In this document: one piece after another, positions 1 to 8,967 of the stretch | Layout: each line of letters starts with the position of its first letter | Numbering within the stretch: position 1 is the stretch's first letter | Source: Longimicrobiales bacterium | Lineage (GTDB): Bacteria > Gemmatimonadota > Gemmatimonadetes > Longimicrobiales > Gaopeijiaceae | Direction: 5' to 3' | DNA length: 64,000 nt | NCBI GenBank assembly: GCA_965248195.1 | Contig: CBDFIQ010000002.1 | Location: 896,001-960,000 of the forward strand | Position numbers and translations under genes: made by a program | The notes under the pieces: model-generated | What the model saw: the letters and a program-made list of their open reading frames with translations, nothing else | Told to the model about the DNA's origin: nothing | Databases searched by the model: none

Positions 1-1060
1 CCGGGAAGGCGCCGGCGGCCTTGATCCTGCGTTTGATCTCGCCGTGCAGCCGCTCGAGGCTGTTGGTGGTACGCAGCCGGGGCCAGTGCGCCTCGGGGAA
101 CGCGTAGAACTGCGTCGCTGCCCCGAAGCCCCGCTCCAGGACCTCCACGGCCTCGGGCAGCTCCTTCTTCCAGCGTGCGCCGAACTCGCCCAGGAGCTTC
201 TTCGCCTCGGCGAGTCCGGATGTCTGGAAGATCACCGAGACCTCACGCGCCACGCGCTTGCGTAGGCGGTGGGGGACCCTCGCCCCCACATTACGCTGCA
301 GATGGACCGTACACCTCTGACGGCGTGCCTCGGGCAGGAAGCGGCGGACCGCAGCTGCCAGGCCTGCGTGCTCATCGGCGATCACGAGCTCGACACCGCC
401 GAGGCCGCGGTCCTGGAGTTGCTCGAGGAGCTCCGACCAGCTCTGCTGCGACTCCTCAGCGCCCAGCGTGACGGCCAGGAGCCGTCGGTGACCCTCAGGG
501 CCCACTGCATACGCCACGAGCGCACTCACGTTCTCGACTTTGCGGGCCCAGCGGGCGTCCAAGAACGTGGCGTCCAGGTACAGATAGGGGTGAGGCCCCT
601 CGATCGGCGCACGGCGCAGCCCTTCCACGGCCTCGTCGAGCCGTTTTGCCACACGACTCACCGTCGAGCGCCCAACACGCTCGCCCATCAGCGCCTCGGT
701 GACGTCGCCCATCTTGCGCTGTGACACGCCGCTCACATACGCCTCGACCATCATCTCGTCGAGCTCGGGGCTCCTGCGCTGGTAGCGGCCGATCACGTCG
801 GCCGGCGAACCGTTGTCCCGGCTCCGGGGCATGGCGACCTCGATCTGCCCCAGGCTCGTCAGCAGCCGCCTCAGGTATGTGCCGTTCCTATGGTCCTTCC
901 GGCTTCCCACCCGCTCGAAGCGGCGTGCACCTACCATGGCCTTCAGCTCCTCTTCCAGCACCATCTCGAGCGTCAGCCGGATCGCGCCTTGAAACAGCTC
1001 GCGCAAATCATCGCGTAGCTCGTCTTGCGTGGCCCGACCGATCTCCACAATCTCTTGCAT
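1..1060 (-). CDS. IS256-family (Mutator-type DDE) transposase, 3' end outside window
   Basis: Same sequence as the complete 393-aa ORF at 55411-56592; ATG at 1060. Confidence 0.93.
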   Translation of the reverse strand, partial: MQEIVEIGRATQDELRDDLRELFQGAIRLTLEMVLEEELKAMVGARRFERVGSRKDHRNGTYLRRLLTSLGQIEVAMPRSRDNGSPADVIGRYQRRSPELDEMMVEAYVSGVSQRKMGDVTEALMGERVGRSTVSRVAKRLDEAVEGLRRAPIEGPHPYLYLDATFLDARWARKVENVSALVAYAVGPEGHRRLLAVTLGAEESQQSWSELLEQLQDRGLGGVELVIADEHAGLAAAVRRFLPEARRQRCTVHLQRNVGARVPHRLRKRVAREVSVIFQTSGLAEAKKLLGEFGARWKKELPEAVEVLERGFGAATQFYAFPEAHWPRLRTTNSLERLHGEIKRRIKAAGAFP

Positions 1061-1204
1061 CGGAAGCTCCTCTCCGGTTCCGAGCCTGCTCTGCAGACCC
1101 GGACTCCCGGGTTCATGTGACAGTGAACAACAACAGAGGAGCTTCCGTTTTTCTTTCCCTCCTGTCCAGCTTATCCGCTTTTACACAAATCTAGGGACAC
1201 TACC
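1..1204 (-). mobile_element. IS256-family element, copy 1 (runs off the left edge of the window)
   Basis: Matches 55533-56736 at an offset of 55532; overlapping ORF translations are identical. The shared sequence ends at ...CTAGGGACACTACC (1204). Confidence 0.95.
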
Positions 1205-2270
1205 TTCGAAGGGCGGGACCGACCATACCTCACACGGTCTCGTCGCGCTCGGGATTTCCGAGGAGCGCGTCGTTTGGCTCGTGTGGGGACTCGCGGCCGG
1301 TGGAGGGCTGATCGGCCTGGGCGTTCGTTCCGTGAGCCGGCCGGTCGCGTACGCTTTGGGAGGTTCCCTGCTCGTCCTCTTGACGCTCCTCGGACTGTAT
1401 CTGTTGTCGTCCAGGATGAGCGCCCTCGAGCGGTCGGAGAGGGCCGCCGAGGGGAGGGCCGACGAGGGGGACGGCACACACGTATTCAATCGCTTGCTGA
1501 GGCTCCACCACCGGTTTCCGGTGCTCACCGTCCTGATGGACGTCGCCTTGGTAGCCATCGCCTATTTCGGGGCGTATCTGGTCCGGTGGGATACCGAGCA
1601 GCTCCCGGCCGAGCTCGCCTACTTCAGGCAGACCCTCGCCATGGTGATCGTCCTGAAGCTGACGGGCCTGGCGGCCGCCGGCGCCTATGCCCCTCGTTTT
1701 CGCCACTACAGTCTCGCGGATGTCCTGGGGACGATCCGGGCCAACATCCTCGGTACACTCCTCGCCACAGCGGTCCTGCTCCTGGCTTTCCGTGTCGGAC
1801 TGTCACGGGGCGTGCTGATCGTGGACTTCCTGCTGTGCGCGACCCTGACCGTTGTCGGACGGGTTTCTTTTCGCTTCTTGGACGACGTGAAGGAAAAATG
1901 GTCTTCCGAAGGGGCGCCGGCGGCTTTCGTCAGCCGAATCGAAGACGCCGAGCTGGCCTTTCGGGCTCTGCGCTGCGTGGGGGAGCCGAGGCTTCGGCCC
2001 GTCGCGGTGGTGGACTATTCCTATGGAGGCCGGCGGGGACGATTCAAGGGGTACCCGTTGTTCGGGGGCGACGCCGGGCTCGAGAGAGCCGTCCGTGAAT
2101 GCGGCATCAACGCGATCGTCATGGTCGATAGGGGCGGGGTGGAGAGGAGGGCCGACACCCGACGGGTGGGGGAATATCTGAGGCGCGAGGGGGCGCTGGA
2201 CGTGTTCGCCGTGCGCATCTCCGTGGGGCTGGCGCCTGTCGAGGTGAGCACCGGCATTGGAGGGGCCTAG
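1205..2270 (+). pseudogene. 3' part of an IS-interrupted WecA/MraY-like (GT family 4) transferase fused to a CapD-type N-terminal membrane domain
   Basis: Directly after the IS end the frame reads GGTDHTSHGLVALG (like the WecA DHxHHRL motif), then TM helices and a DVALVAIAYFGAYLVR segment typical of CapD/WcaJ N-termini. No native start; the frame is open back into the IS. Confidence 0.7.
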
Positions 2271-2575
2271 GAGGGTGATCGGAAAGGGGGGCGGGTCGCG
2301 CACATGGCGCTTGCGCGCGTTCAGACAAGGAACGACGAGGAGTCGTAGTCCCTCTACGGCGACGAGGAGAGACGCAGGATCAACCGCGCAACCGCCATGT
2401 GCCCACGACCATGAATGACATGACCTTACACGTTGAAGGGTTGCGGTGGCACGACCCCATCTCCGTTGTTGGAGTTCCTAGCCATAGCTACGGCTATGGC
2501 GTCGTCGCTCCGCCTAGGAGCTGGGGCCGTGGCATCCGCAACGCGGCCCACCCCCCTTTCCGATCACCCTCCTAG
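2267..2575. mobile_element. MITE-like non-autonomous element with 25-bp terminal inverted repeats, bounded by CTAG
   Basis: 2267-2291 CTAGGAGGGTGATCGGAAAGGGGGG is the exact reverse complement of 2551-2575. Two internal long hairpins; no credible CDS. Confidence 0.75.
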
Positions 2576-2653
2576 CCCCGCATCTTTTTTTTGGACTATC
2601 TTCGGCTCATTACTCGCACATCGGGTTCGGCCCGAGATCAACTCTGAGGTACC

Positions 2654-3985
2654 ATGCCCAAAACTCCCCTGGACTACTTCCGCTCGGGCGACCTCACCGT
2701 GGGTGTAGTCGGTCTCGGTTACGTAGGATTGCCGTTGTCGGTGGAGATCGCCCGAGCGGGCCTGCGTGCCGTGGGTTTCGACGTCGATCCGGAGGTCGTG
2801 GATGGCATCAACCAGGGAGCCAGCCACATCGAGGACGTCACGGGGGAAGAGTTGGCGGAGGTTCTGGCCACCGGACGGCTGGAGGCCACCACCGATATGG
2901 CCCGGCTCGCCGAGTGCGACGCCATCTCGATTTCGGTGCCGACTCCGCTATCGAAAACGCAGGATCCGGACGTCTCCTTTGTGATCGCCGCGTCGGAAGC
3001 GGTGGCAGCGGCGTTGCGCCCTGGGCAGCTCGTGGTTCTGGAGTCGACCACGTATCCGGGGACGACCCGGGAGGTGCTTCTTCCCGCGCTGGAGGGCACC
3101 GGGCTGAAGGTGGGCAAGGACTTCTTCCTCTGCTTCTCTCCCGAGCGTGTGGATCCCGGAAACGACGTCTGGAAAACGAAGAATACCCCGAAGGTCATCG
3201 GAGGGATGACGCCGGGCTGTATTGACGCCGGGTTGGCGGTCTACGAACGCTTCATCGACACCATGGTGCCTGTCTCGTCCACCGAGGCGGCGGAGATGGT
3301 CAAGATCCTGGAAAACACCTTCCGGGCCGTGAATATCGCTCTGGTGAACGAGGTTGCGCTCATCGCCGACCGGCTCGACGTGAACGTGTGGGAGGTCATC
3401 GAGGCGGCGGCCACGAAGCCGTTCGGCTTCATGAAGTTCACACCCGGCCCGGGACTCGGAGGGCACTGCATCCCGGTCGATCCACACTATCTGGCGTGGA
3501 AGATGCGTACGCTCGACTATCGGACCCGCTTCATCGAGCTGGCCTCGGAGATCAACGCCGAGATGCCCGAGTTCGTGGTGGGGAAGGTCCGGGCCGCCCT
3601 GAACGCTGGTAAGAAGGCCGTGAACGGGGCACGCATCCTGGTGCTCGGCGTGGCCTACAAGCGTGACGTCGACGATGTCAGGGAATCGCCGGCCCTGGAT
3701 ATCATCGGGCTTCTTGCCGCCGATGGTGCGGACGTGGCGTACCACGACCCCTTCGTGCCCGATTTGACTGAGGAGGGTACCGCTCTATCTTCGGTGCCCC
3801 TGGTGGATCAAGCCCTCACCGAGGCCGACGTGGTGGTGATCGTGACGGACCACACGGACGTTGACTACGCGCGGGTTCTCGAACGGGCGGCCGTGGTTGT
3901 GGACGCCCGGCACGTCACGGCGGCTCTCCTGGAGGGGAGCTCCTCGGGGGCGAGTGCGTGGATCGTTAAGGGTGGGCCGGAGTGA
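2654..3985 (+). CDS. UDP-N-acetylhexosamine 6-dehydrogenase (WbpA/WecC family)
   Basis: GLGYVGLP, ESTTYPGTT, FSPERVDPGN, GPGLGGHCIPVDP, DVRESPA motifs. Confidence 0.92.
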   Translation: MPKTPLDYFRSGDLTVGVVGLGYVGLPLSVEIARAGLRAVGFDVDPEVVDGINQGASHIEDVTGEELAEVLATGRLEATTDMARLAECDAISISVPTPLSKTQDPDVSFVIAASEAVAAALRPGQLVVLESTTYPGTTREVLLPALEGTGLKVGKDFFLCFSPERVDPGNDVWKTKNTPKVIGGMTPGCIDAGLAVYERFIDTMVPVSSTEAAEMVKILENTFRAVNIALVNEVALIADRLDVNVWEVIEAAATKPFGFMKFTPGPGLGGHCIPVDPHYLAWKMRTLDYRTRFIELASEINAEMPEFVVGKVRAALNAGKKAVNGARILVLGVAYKRDVDDVRESPALDIIGLLAADGADVAYHDPFVPDLTEEGTALSSVPLVDQALTEADVVVIVTDHTDVDYARVLERAAVVVDARHVTAALLEGSSSGASAWIVKGGPE

Positions 3986-3986
3986 G

Positions 3987-5177
3987 GTGAGCGACCCTCC
4001 GGTACTCGTTCACCGTCTCATCGCACGCCTCAACACGGGTGGACCGGCCAGGCATGTGGTGCACCTGGCCGAAGCCCTCGATCCCGCTCGCTTTCGCACG
4101 CGCCTGATCGCCGGGCGCATCACCGAGGACGAGGGAGACATGACCTACTACGCCCGGGAACGCGGCGTGGAGGTCACCGAGATCGCGGGTATGTCGCGGT
4201 TGCTCTCGCCGTTGCGGGACCTGCGGTCGTTTCTGACGCTCCTCCGGATCTTTCGTCGCGAGCGGCCCGCGATCGTACACACGCACACCGCCAAGGCGGG
4301 GACGGTGGCACGGTTGGCCGCGATGGCCGCCGGCGTGCCCGTGATCATCCACACGTTCCACGGGCACGTTCTCGGGGGTCTCTACTTCTCCCGGCTCAAG
4401 ACGCGGTTCTTCCTGGCGATCGAGCGGCGACTGGCGAAGGCCACCGACCGGCTCGTCGTCCTCACGCACGCCCAGGCCCGTGAGATGGCCGAGGGCCTGC
4501 GCGTTGCGCCCATGGACCGGTTCGCCGTGATTCCGCTGGGGCTCGACCTCCAGCCGTTCGCGGACGTGGATCAAGGCGCGGCCCGTTCTCGGCTTCGGGC
4601 GGAGCTGGGGATCGGTGAGGACAGTCCTGTGGTCGGCATCGTTGGGCGCATGGTGCCCGTGAAGAATCATCCACTTCTGTTCGATGCGATGGCGCAGCTC
4701 AAGGGCCGCATGGATCCGGCGCCCCATCTGATCGTAGTGGGGTCGGGCGAACAGGAGCGCGCCCTGCGGGCCTATGTGAGCGACAAGGGCCTGGACAGCG
4801 TCGTGCATTGGCTCGGCTGGAGGAAGGATCTCCCGCAAATATTTCCTGCCTTCGACGTGACGGCGCTCACCTCATTCGACGAGGGTACGCCGGTCTCGTT
4901 GATCGAGTCCTTGGCGAGTGGCACACCGGTGGTTTCGCTCGCGGTCGGGGGTGTCCCGGAGATCCTCGAGGGGGGCGAGCTTGGGCGCCTTGTGGAATCT
5001 GCTTCGGACAATGAGGTTGCCGACGCGCTGGAGAGCGTTTTGCTGTCTCCGCCATCTGCCGAGGATACGGAACGGGCGCGGAGGCTGGTTCTGGAACGTT
5101 TTTCGATCCGACGGCTGGCCCAAGATATCGAGCGCTTGTACGCGGATGCGCTCAAGCGGGCCGGCGCGGGAAATTGA
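3987..5177 (+). CDS. Glycosyltransferase family 4
   Basis: ARLNTGGPA, HTHTAKAG, HTFHGH, EGTPVSLIE motifs; GTG start just after the dehydrogenase stop. Confidence 0.9.
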   Translation: MSDPPVLVHRLIARLNTGGPARHVVHLAEALDPARFRTRLIAGRITEDEGDMTYYARERGVEVTEIAGMSRLLSPLRDLRSFLTLLRIFRRERPAIVHTHTAKAGTVARLAAMAAGVPVIIHTFHGHVLGGLYFSRLKTRFFLAIERRLAKATDRLVVLTHAQAREMAEGLRVAPMDRFAVIPLGLDLQPFADVDQGAARSRLRAELGIGEDSPVVGIVGRMVPVKNHPLLFDAMAQLKGRMDPAPHLIVVGSGEQERALRAYVSDKGLDSVVHWLGWRKDLPQIFPAFDVTALTSFDEGTPVSLIESLASGTPVVSLAVGGVPEILEGGELGRLVESASDNEVADALESVLLSPPSAEDTERARRLVLERFSIRRLAQDIERLYADALKRAGAGN

Positions 5178-5253
5178 GTGAAATTGCATCGGGATCTGAA
5201 CAAGAAATGGAAGGATTCATGGATGATATCGATGGGCCGCGAGGAGCCCGTGC

Positions 5254-6039
5254 ATGACCAGGTTTGATGATCTAGCCCGGATACACGATGCGATCCTCGC
5301 AGCCGCGGACGCGATCCTGCCGTTCACGCCGGGCGACGTCGAGTTCGAGATCAAGAGTGAACGGGGCGATCCATTGACGGCGGCCGATAAAGCCGCCGAT
5401 CGTGTACTCCGGGAGCTGCTCCCCGCCCATGGAGAGGGCTGGCTCTCGGAGGAGTCGATCGACGACCCCGTCCGTCTGGGGTGTCGGCGGGTCTGGGTGG
5501 TGGACCCGATAGACGGGACCCGGGAATTCATCGATGGGATCCCCGAGTGGTGTATTTCGGTGGGCCTGGTCGAGGACGGTCTCCCCGTTGCGGGGGGCAT
5601 CTACAATCCGGGCACCGACGAGTTGGTGATCGGCTCGCTGGAGACCGGCGTGAAGTACCAGGGGCGCTCCTCGGCCGTCAGCGGCCTTCCCGATCTCGAC
5701 GGCGCCGTGATCCTGGCCAGCCGGAGCGAGATCGCAAGGGGTGAATGGGACGGGCTCGACGAGGCGCCGTGTGAGGTACGGCCGTGCGGATCCGTCGCCT
5801 TCAAGATGGCGCTCGTAGCGGCGGGACAGGCGGATGGCACCTGGACACTCGTCCCGAAGAGTGAGTGGGACGTCGCAGCCGGCACCGCGCTCGTACGGGC
5901 CGCGGGCGGGTGCGTGATCCACGCCGACGGGACGGAGCCCGCCTTCAATCAGCCGGTACCGCGGCATCCGAATCTGTTGGCAGCGGGGATGGGGATCCTC
6001 AGCGATTTTCGAGGGAATTGGATGAAGGTGGACTCTTGA
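5254..6039 (+). CDS. cysQ: 3'(2'),5'-bisphosphate nucleotidase / inositol monophosphatase family
   Basis: LSEE, WVVDPIDGTREF, ASRS, EWDVAAG motifs; sat-cysC nearby. Confidence 0.8.
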   Translation: MTRFDDLARIHDAILAAADAILPFTPGDVEFEIKSERGDPLTAADKAADRVLRELLPAHGEGWLSEESIDDPVRLGCRRVWVVDPIDGTREFIDGIPEWCISVGLVEDGLPVAGGIYNPGTDELVIGSLETGVKYQGRSSAVSGLPDLDGAVILASRSEIARGEWDGLDEAPCEVRPCGSVAFKMALVAAGQADGTWTLVPKSEWDVAAGTALVRAAGGCVIHADGTEPAFNQPVPRHPNLLAAGMGILSDFRGNWMKVDS

Positions 6040-6063
6040 GAGCCTTGTTTTGAGGACGCCGTC

Positions 6064-6906
6064 GTGAGGATCCTGGTCACGGGTGCGGCCGGCCTGTTGG
6101 GTAACGCCGTCGTGCGTACAGTCGGGGAAAGAGGCCACGATGTCCGTGCGTTTGCCCGATGCGCCCTCGACGTTACGGACCCTGGGGAGGTGGAGCGGTG
6201 CTTGGGGGCCGAAAAGCCGGAGGTCGTCGTCCACTGCGCCGCATACACAGCCGTAGACCGAGCCGAGGAAGAGTTGGATCAAGCCATGATCGTCACCCGT
6301 GACGGCACACGGAACGTGGCGATGGCCGCGGCCCAGATCGGCGCAACGGTAGTATATCCCAGCACCGACTATGTCTTCGACGGCCGAGCGGACACTCCGT
6401 ACGGGCCCGACGACGAAACGAGTCCCCTGAGCGCTTATGGCGTGAGTAAGTTGGCCGGCGAGCAGGTGCTCGCGGTGTCGGGGTGCAGCTGGATGGTGGT
6501 CCGGACGAGTTGGCTGTACGGGTCCGGCGGCCGGGACTTCGTGGACGTCGTCCTGGAACAGGCGGAGCGTCGCGTCGGGATGAGGGTGGTGGACGATCAG
6601 GTGGGTTGTCCGACGTGGACGGGCAGCCTGGCTCCCGGAATCGTCGAGTTGGCCGAAGAGGGTGCGACAGGAACGTACCACCTCTGCGACGCAGGCCAGG
6701 CCTCGTGGCTCGAATTGGCACAAACGGTGGTGGGCGAGGCCGGACTCGACCTGGAGCTCACGGCTACGAGCACGCTCGCCTGGGGTGCGCCCGCGCTGCG
6801 TCCACCGTATTCCGTACTCGACTGCGCAAAGGCCGAGCGTATACTAGGCCGTGAGATGTCCCCTTGGCGTGAGTCCCTGCACACCTACCTGTCGGAGACG
6901 CTATGA
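6064..6906 (+). CDS. rmlD: dTDP-4-dehydrorhamnose reductase
   Basis: AAYTAVDRAE, STDYVFDG, YGVSKLAGE, VVDDQVGCPT, RPPYSVLD. Confidence 0.93.
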   Translation: MRILVTGAAGLLGNAVVRTVGERGHDVRAFARCALDVTDPGEVERCLGAEKPEVVVHCAAYTAVDRAEEELDQAMIVTRDGTRNVAMAAAQIGATVVYPSTDYVFDGRADTPYGPDDETSPLSAYGVSKLAGEQVLAVSGCSWMVVRTSWLYGSGGRDFVDVVLEQAERRVGMRVVDDQVGCPTWTGSLAPGIVELAEEGATGTYHLCDAGQASWLELAQTVVGEAGLDLELTATSTLAWGAPALRPPYSVLDCAKAERILGREMSPWRESLHTYLSETL

Positions 6907-7026
6907 GGTCGGAGACGCTATGAGGTCGAAGACTCTTTGATGTCGGAGACGTTATGAAGTCGGAGACGTAATGAAGTCGGAGACTCTTTGATGTCGGAGA
7001 CGCCATGAACCCGGAAATGCCATGAA
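6891..7026 (+). repeat. Eight degenerate 17-bp tandem units (consensus GTCGGAGACGCTATGAR) spanning the rmlD-rmlA junction
   Basis: Units start at 6891, 6908, 6925, 6942, 6959, 6976, 6993 and 7010. Confidence 0.95.
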
Positions 7027-7798
7027 GGGCGTCGTACTCGCCGGAGGGTTAGGTACCCGCCTCTTGCCCATGACCCGCGTCACCAACAAGCACCTTTTGC
7101 CGGTATTCGATCGGCCCATGATCTACTTCCCCATTCAGCAGCTCGTTCATGTGGGGATCGACGACATCCTCATCGTAACAGGTGGAAATCAGGCGGGGGA
7201 CTTTCTCCGGTTGTTGGGCAACGGGAAGGAATTCGGCTTGCGACGGCTGAACTACGCCTACCAGGAGGGGGAGGGGGGGATCGCCGAGGCCCTCGGTCTG
7301 GCGGAGGACTTCGCGGAGGACAGTCCCATCTGTGTGATTCTGGGTGACAACATCTTCGAAACTCCCATTCGCGAGGCCGTGGACGCTTTTCGGGCCGACC
7401 CCGAGGGTGCCATGGTCTTGCTCAAGGAGGTCGACCACCCGGAGCGCTTCGGCGTGGCCGAGCTGCACGAAGGCCGCGTCGTGAGCATCGTGGAGAAGCC
7501 GTCCGAGCCCGAGAGCAACCTGGCGGTGACCGGATGCTACATCTACGACGGTCGTGTGTTCGAGATCGTGCGGGGTCTCTCGCCCTCCGAGCGAGGCGAG
7601 CTCGAGATCACCGACGTCAACAACCGCTATCTCGAGTGGGGTACCCTTCGCCATCACGTCGTCAGCGGTTGGTGGACCGATGCGGGAACCATTCCGTCGC
7701 TGCATCACGCGACGAAGTTGGTCGCGGCCTCCCTGGATGAGCCCGTGCTCCGGATGCCCGAGATTGCCACCGGCCCGAGGAGGCGTGCAGGGGACTAA
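7022..7798 (+). CDS. rmlA: Glucose-1-phosphate thymidylyltransferase (short SpsI-like form)
   Basis: LAGGLGTRLLP, NKHLLPV, LGDNIF, VEKP, SERGELEITD, WTDAGT. Confidence 0.9.
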   Translation: MKGVVLAGGLGTRLLPMTRVTNKHLLPVFDRPMIYFPIQQLVHVGIDDILIVTGGNQAGDFLRLLGNGKEFGLRRLNYAYQEGEGGIAEALGLAEDFAEDSPICVILGDNIFETPIREAVDAFRADPEGAMVLLKEVDHPERFGVAELHEGRVVSIVEKPSEPESNLAVTGCYIYDGRVFEIVRGLSPSERGELEITDVNNRYLEWGTLRHHVVSGWWTDAGTIPSLHHATKLVAASLDEPVLRMPEIATGPRRRAGD

Positions 7799-7839
7799 TG
7801 GAGTAGTCCAGTTTCTTCCCATCAGGAGGTGATGGACCC

Positions 7840-8922
7840 GTGAGACTGCTCGTGACAGGTGGCGCCGGATTCATCGGGTCCAACTTGGTTCGGTACTTCC
7901 TCGACGATTACCAAGACGTCGAGGTGATCAACCTGGACCTCCTCACCTACGCTGGGAACCTGGACAACCTCGCCGGCCTCGAAGCGGATCCACGTTACCG
8001 CTTCGTGCACGGCGATATTTGCGACGCCGCCTTGGTGGGCGAGCTGGTGGGGGGGGTGGACGCCGTCCTCAACCTTGCGGCCGAATCCCATGTGGATCGC
8101 TCGATCGCGCACGACACACCCTTCGTCCTTACGAACGTCAACGGAACCCATACGCTCTTGAGCGCGGCGCTGGCCGCCCCGAACCCACCGCGCTTCGTCC
8201 ACGTCTCGACCGACGAGGTGTACGGGGAGTTGCCGTGGAGGGACCCGGAGGCTCGCGATCCCGCCCGTCGGGACGCGGCCGGGCGGGACGCGGCCGGTGG
8301 GGACACGGCCGGGCGGGACGCGGCTCCCATGGCCCCGGAGGATGATCGCTTCACCGAGTCGACCCCTCTGGCTCCACGGTCTCCCTATTCGGCCACCAAG
8401 GCCTCGGCCGACATGCTCGTGCTGGCCTACCACCGGACGCACGGGCTGGATGCGGTCGTCACGCGCTGCTCCAACAACTATGGGCCGTACCAGTTTCCGG
8501 AGAAGCTGATCCCGCTGATGGTATCCAACGCGATGAAGGGCGAGCCGCTGCCGGTCTATGGCGACGGCCTCAACGTGCGGGACTGGATCCACGTGCGAGA
8601 TCATTGCTGCGGCTTGGACGCCGCGCTGCGGAAGGGTCGATCCGGGGAGGCCTACAATTTCGGGGGTGATGCAGAGCGCACCAACCTTCAGATCGTGAAC
8701 GCGATCCTCGAGCAGACTGGGGCCGACCCGGGGTTGATCACCTTCGTTGAGGATCGCCTGGGTCACGACCGGCGTTACGCGGTCGATGCCACCAAGGCGA
8801 AGCAGGAGCTGTCCTGGGCGCCGCTAGTGGAGTTTGGGGAAGGACTCACCGAGACGATCGCATGGTACGGGGAGAACGGGGCGTGGCTGGAGCGGATCGC
8901 GAGCGGGGAGTATCGGGGTTGA
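7840..8922 (+). CDS. rmlB: dTDP-glucose 4,6-dehydratase with a repeat-derived loop insertion
   Basis: GGAGFIG, AAESHVDRSI, STDEVYG, PYSATKA, CSNNYGPYQFPEKLIP, DRLGHDRRY. Confidence 0.95.
   Translation: MRLLVTGGAGFIGSNLVRYFLDDYQDVEVINLDLLTYAGNLDNLAGLEADPRYRFVHGDICDAALVGELVGGVDAVLNLAAESHVDRSIAHDTPFVLTNVNGTHTLLSAALAAPNPPRFVHVSTDEVYGELPWRDPEARDPARRDAAGRDAAGGDTAGRDAAPMAPEDDRFTESTPLAPRSPYSATKASADMLVLAYHRTHGLDAVVTRCSNNYGPYQFPEKLIPLMVSNAMKGEPLPVYGDGLNVRDWIHVRDHCCGLDAALRKGRSGEAYNFGGDAERTNLQIVNAILEQTGADPGLITFVEDRLGHDRRYAVDATKAKQELSWAPLVEFGEGLTETIAWYGENGAWLERIASGEYRG
8239..8328 (+). repeat. Six in-frame 15-bp degenerate tandem repeats (RDxxx pentapeptides) in rmlB
   Basis: RDPEA RDPAR RDAAG RDAAG GDTAG RDAAP; core CGGGACGCGGCCGGG. 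Confidence 0.85.
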
Positions 8923-8931
8923 GACAGGTCG

Positions 8932-8962
8932 TTGACGGAATCGCCGGGCGAAGTAGCTTCTT
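8932..8962 (+). promoter_or_regulatory. Putative sigma70 promoter TTGACG-N16-TAGCTT, possibly giving a leaderless mRNA
   Basis: The -10 ends at 8959 and the ATG is at 8968 with no SD. The same architecture recurs at 9990. Confidence 0.4.
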
Positions 8963-8967
8963 GGCCT

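Noticed and set aside
1180..1206. IS-created hybrid promoter TTTACA..TACCTT
   Set aside because: The 15-bp spacing is suboptimal and there is no other support.
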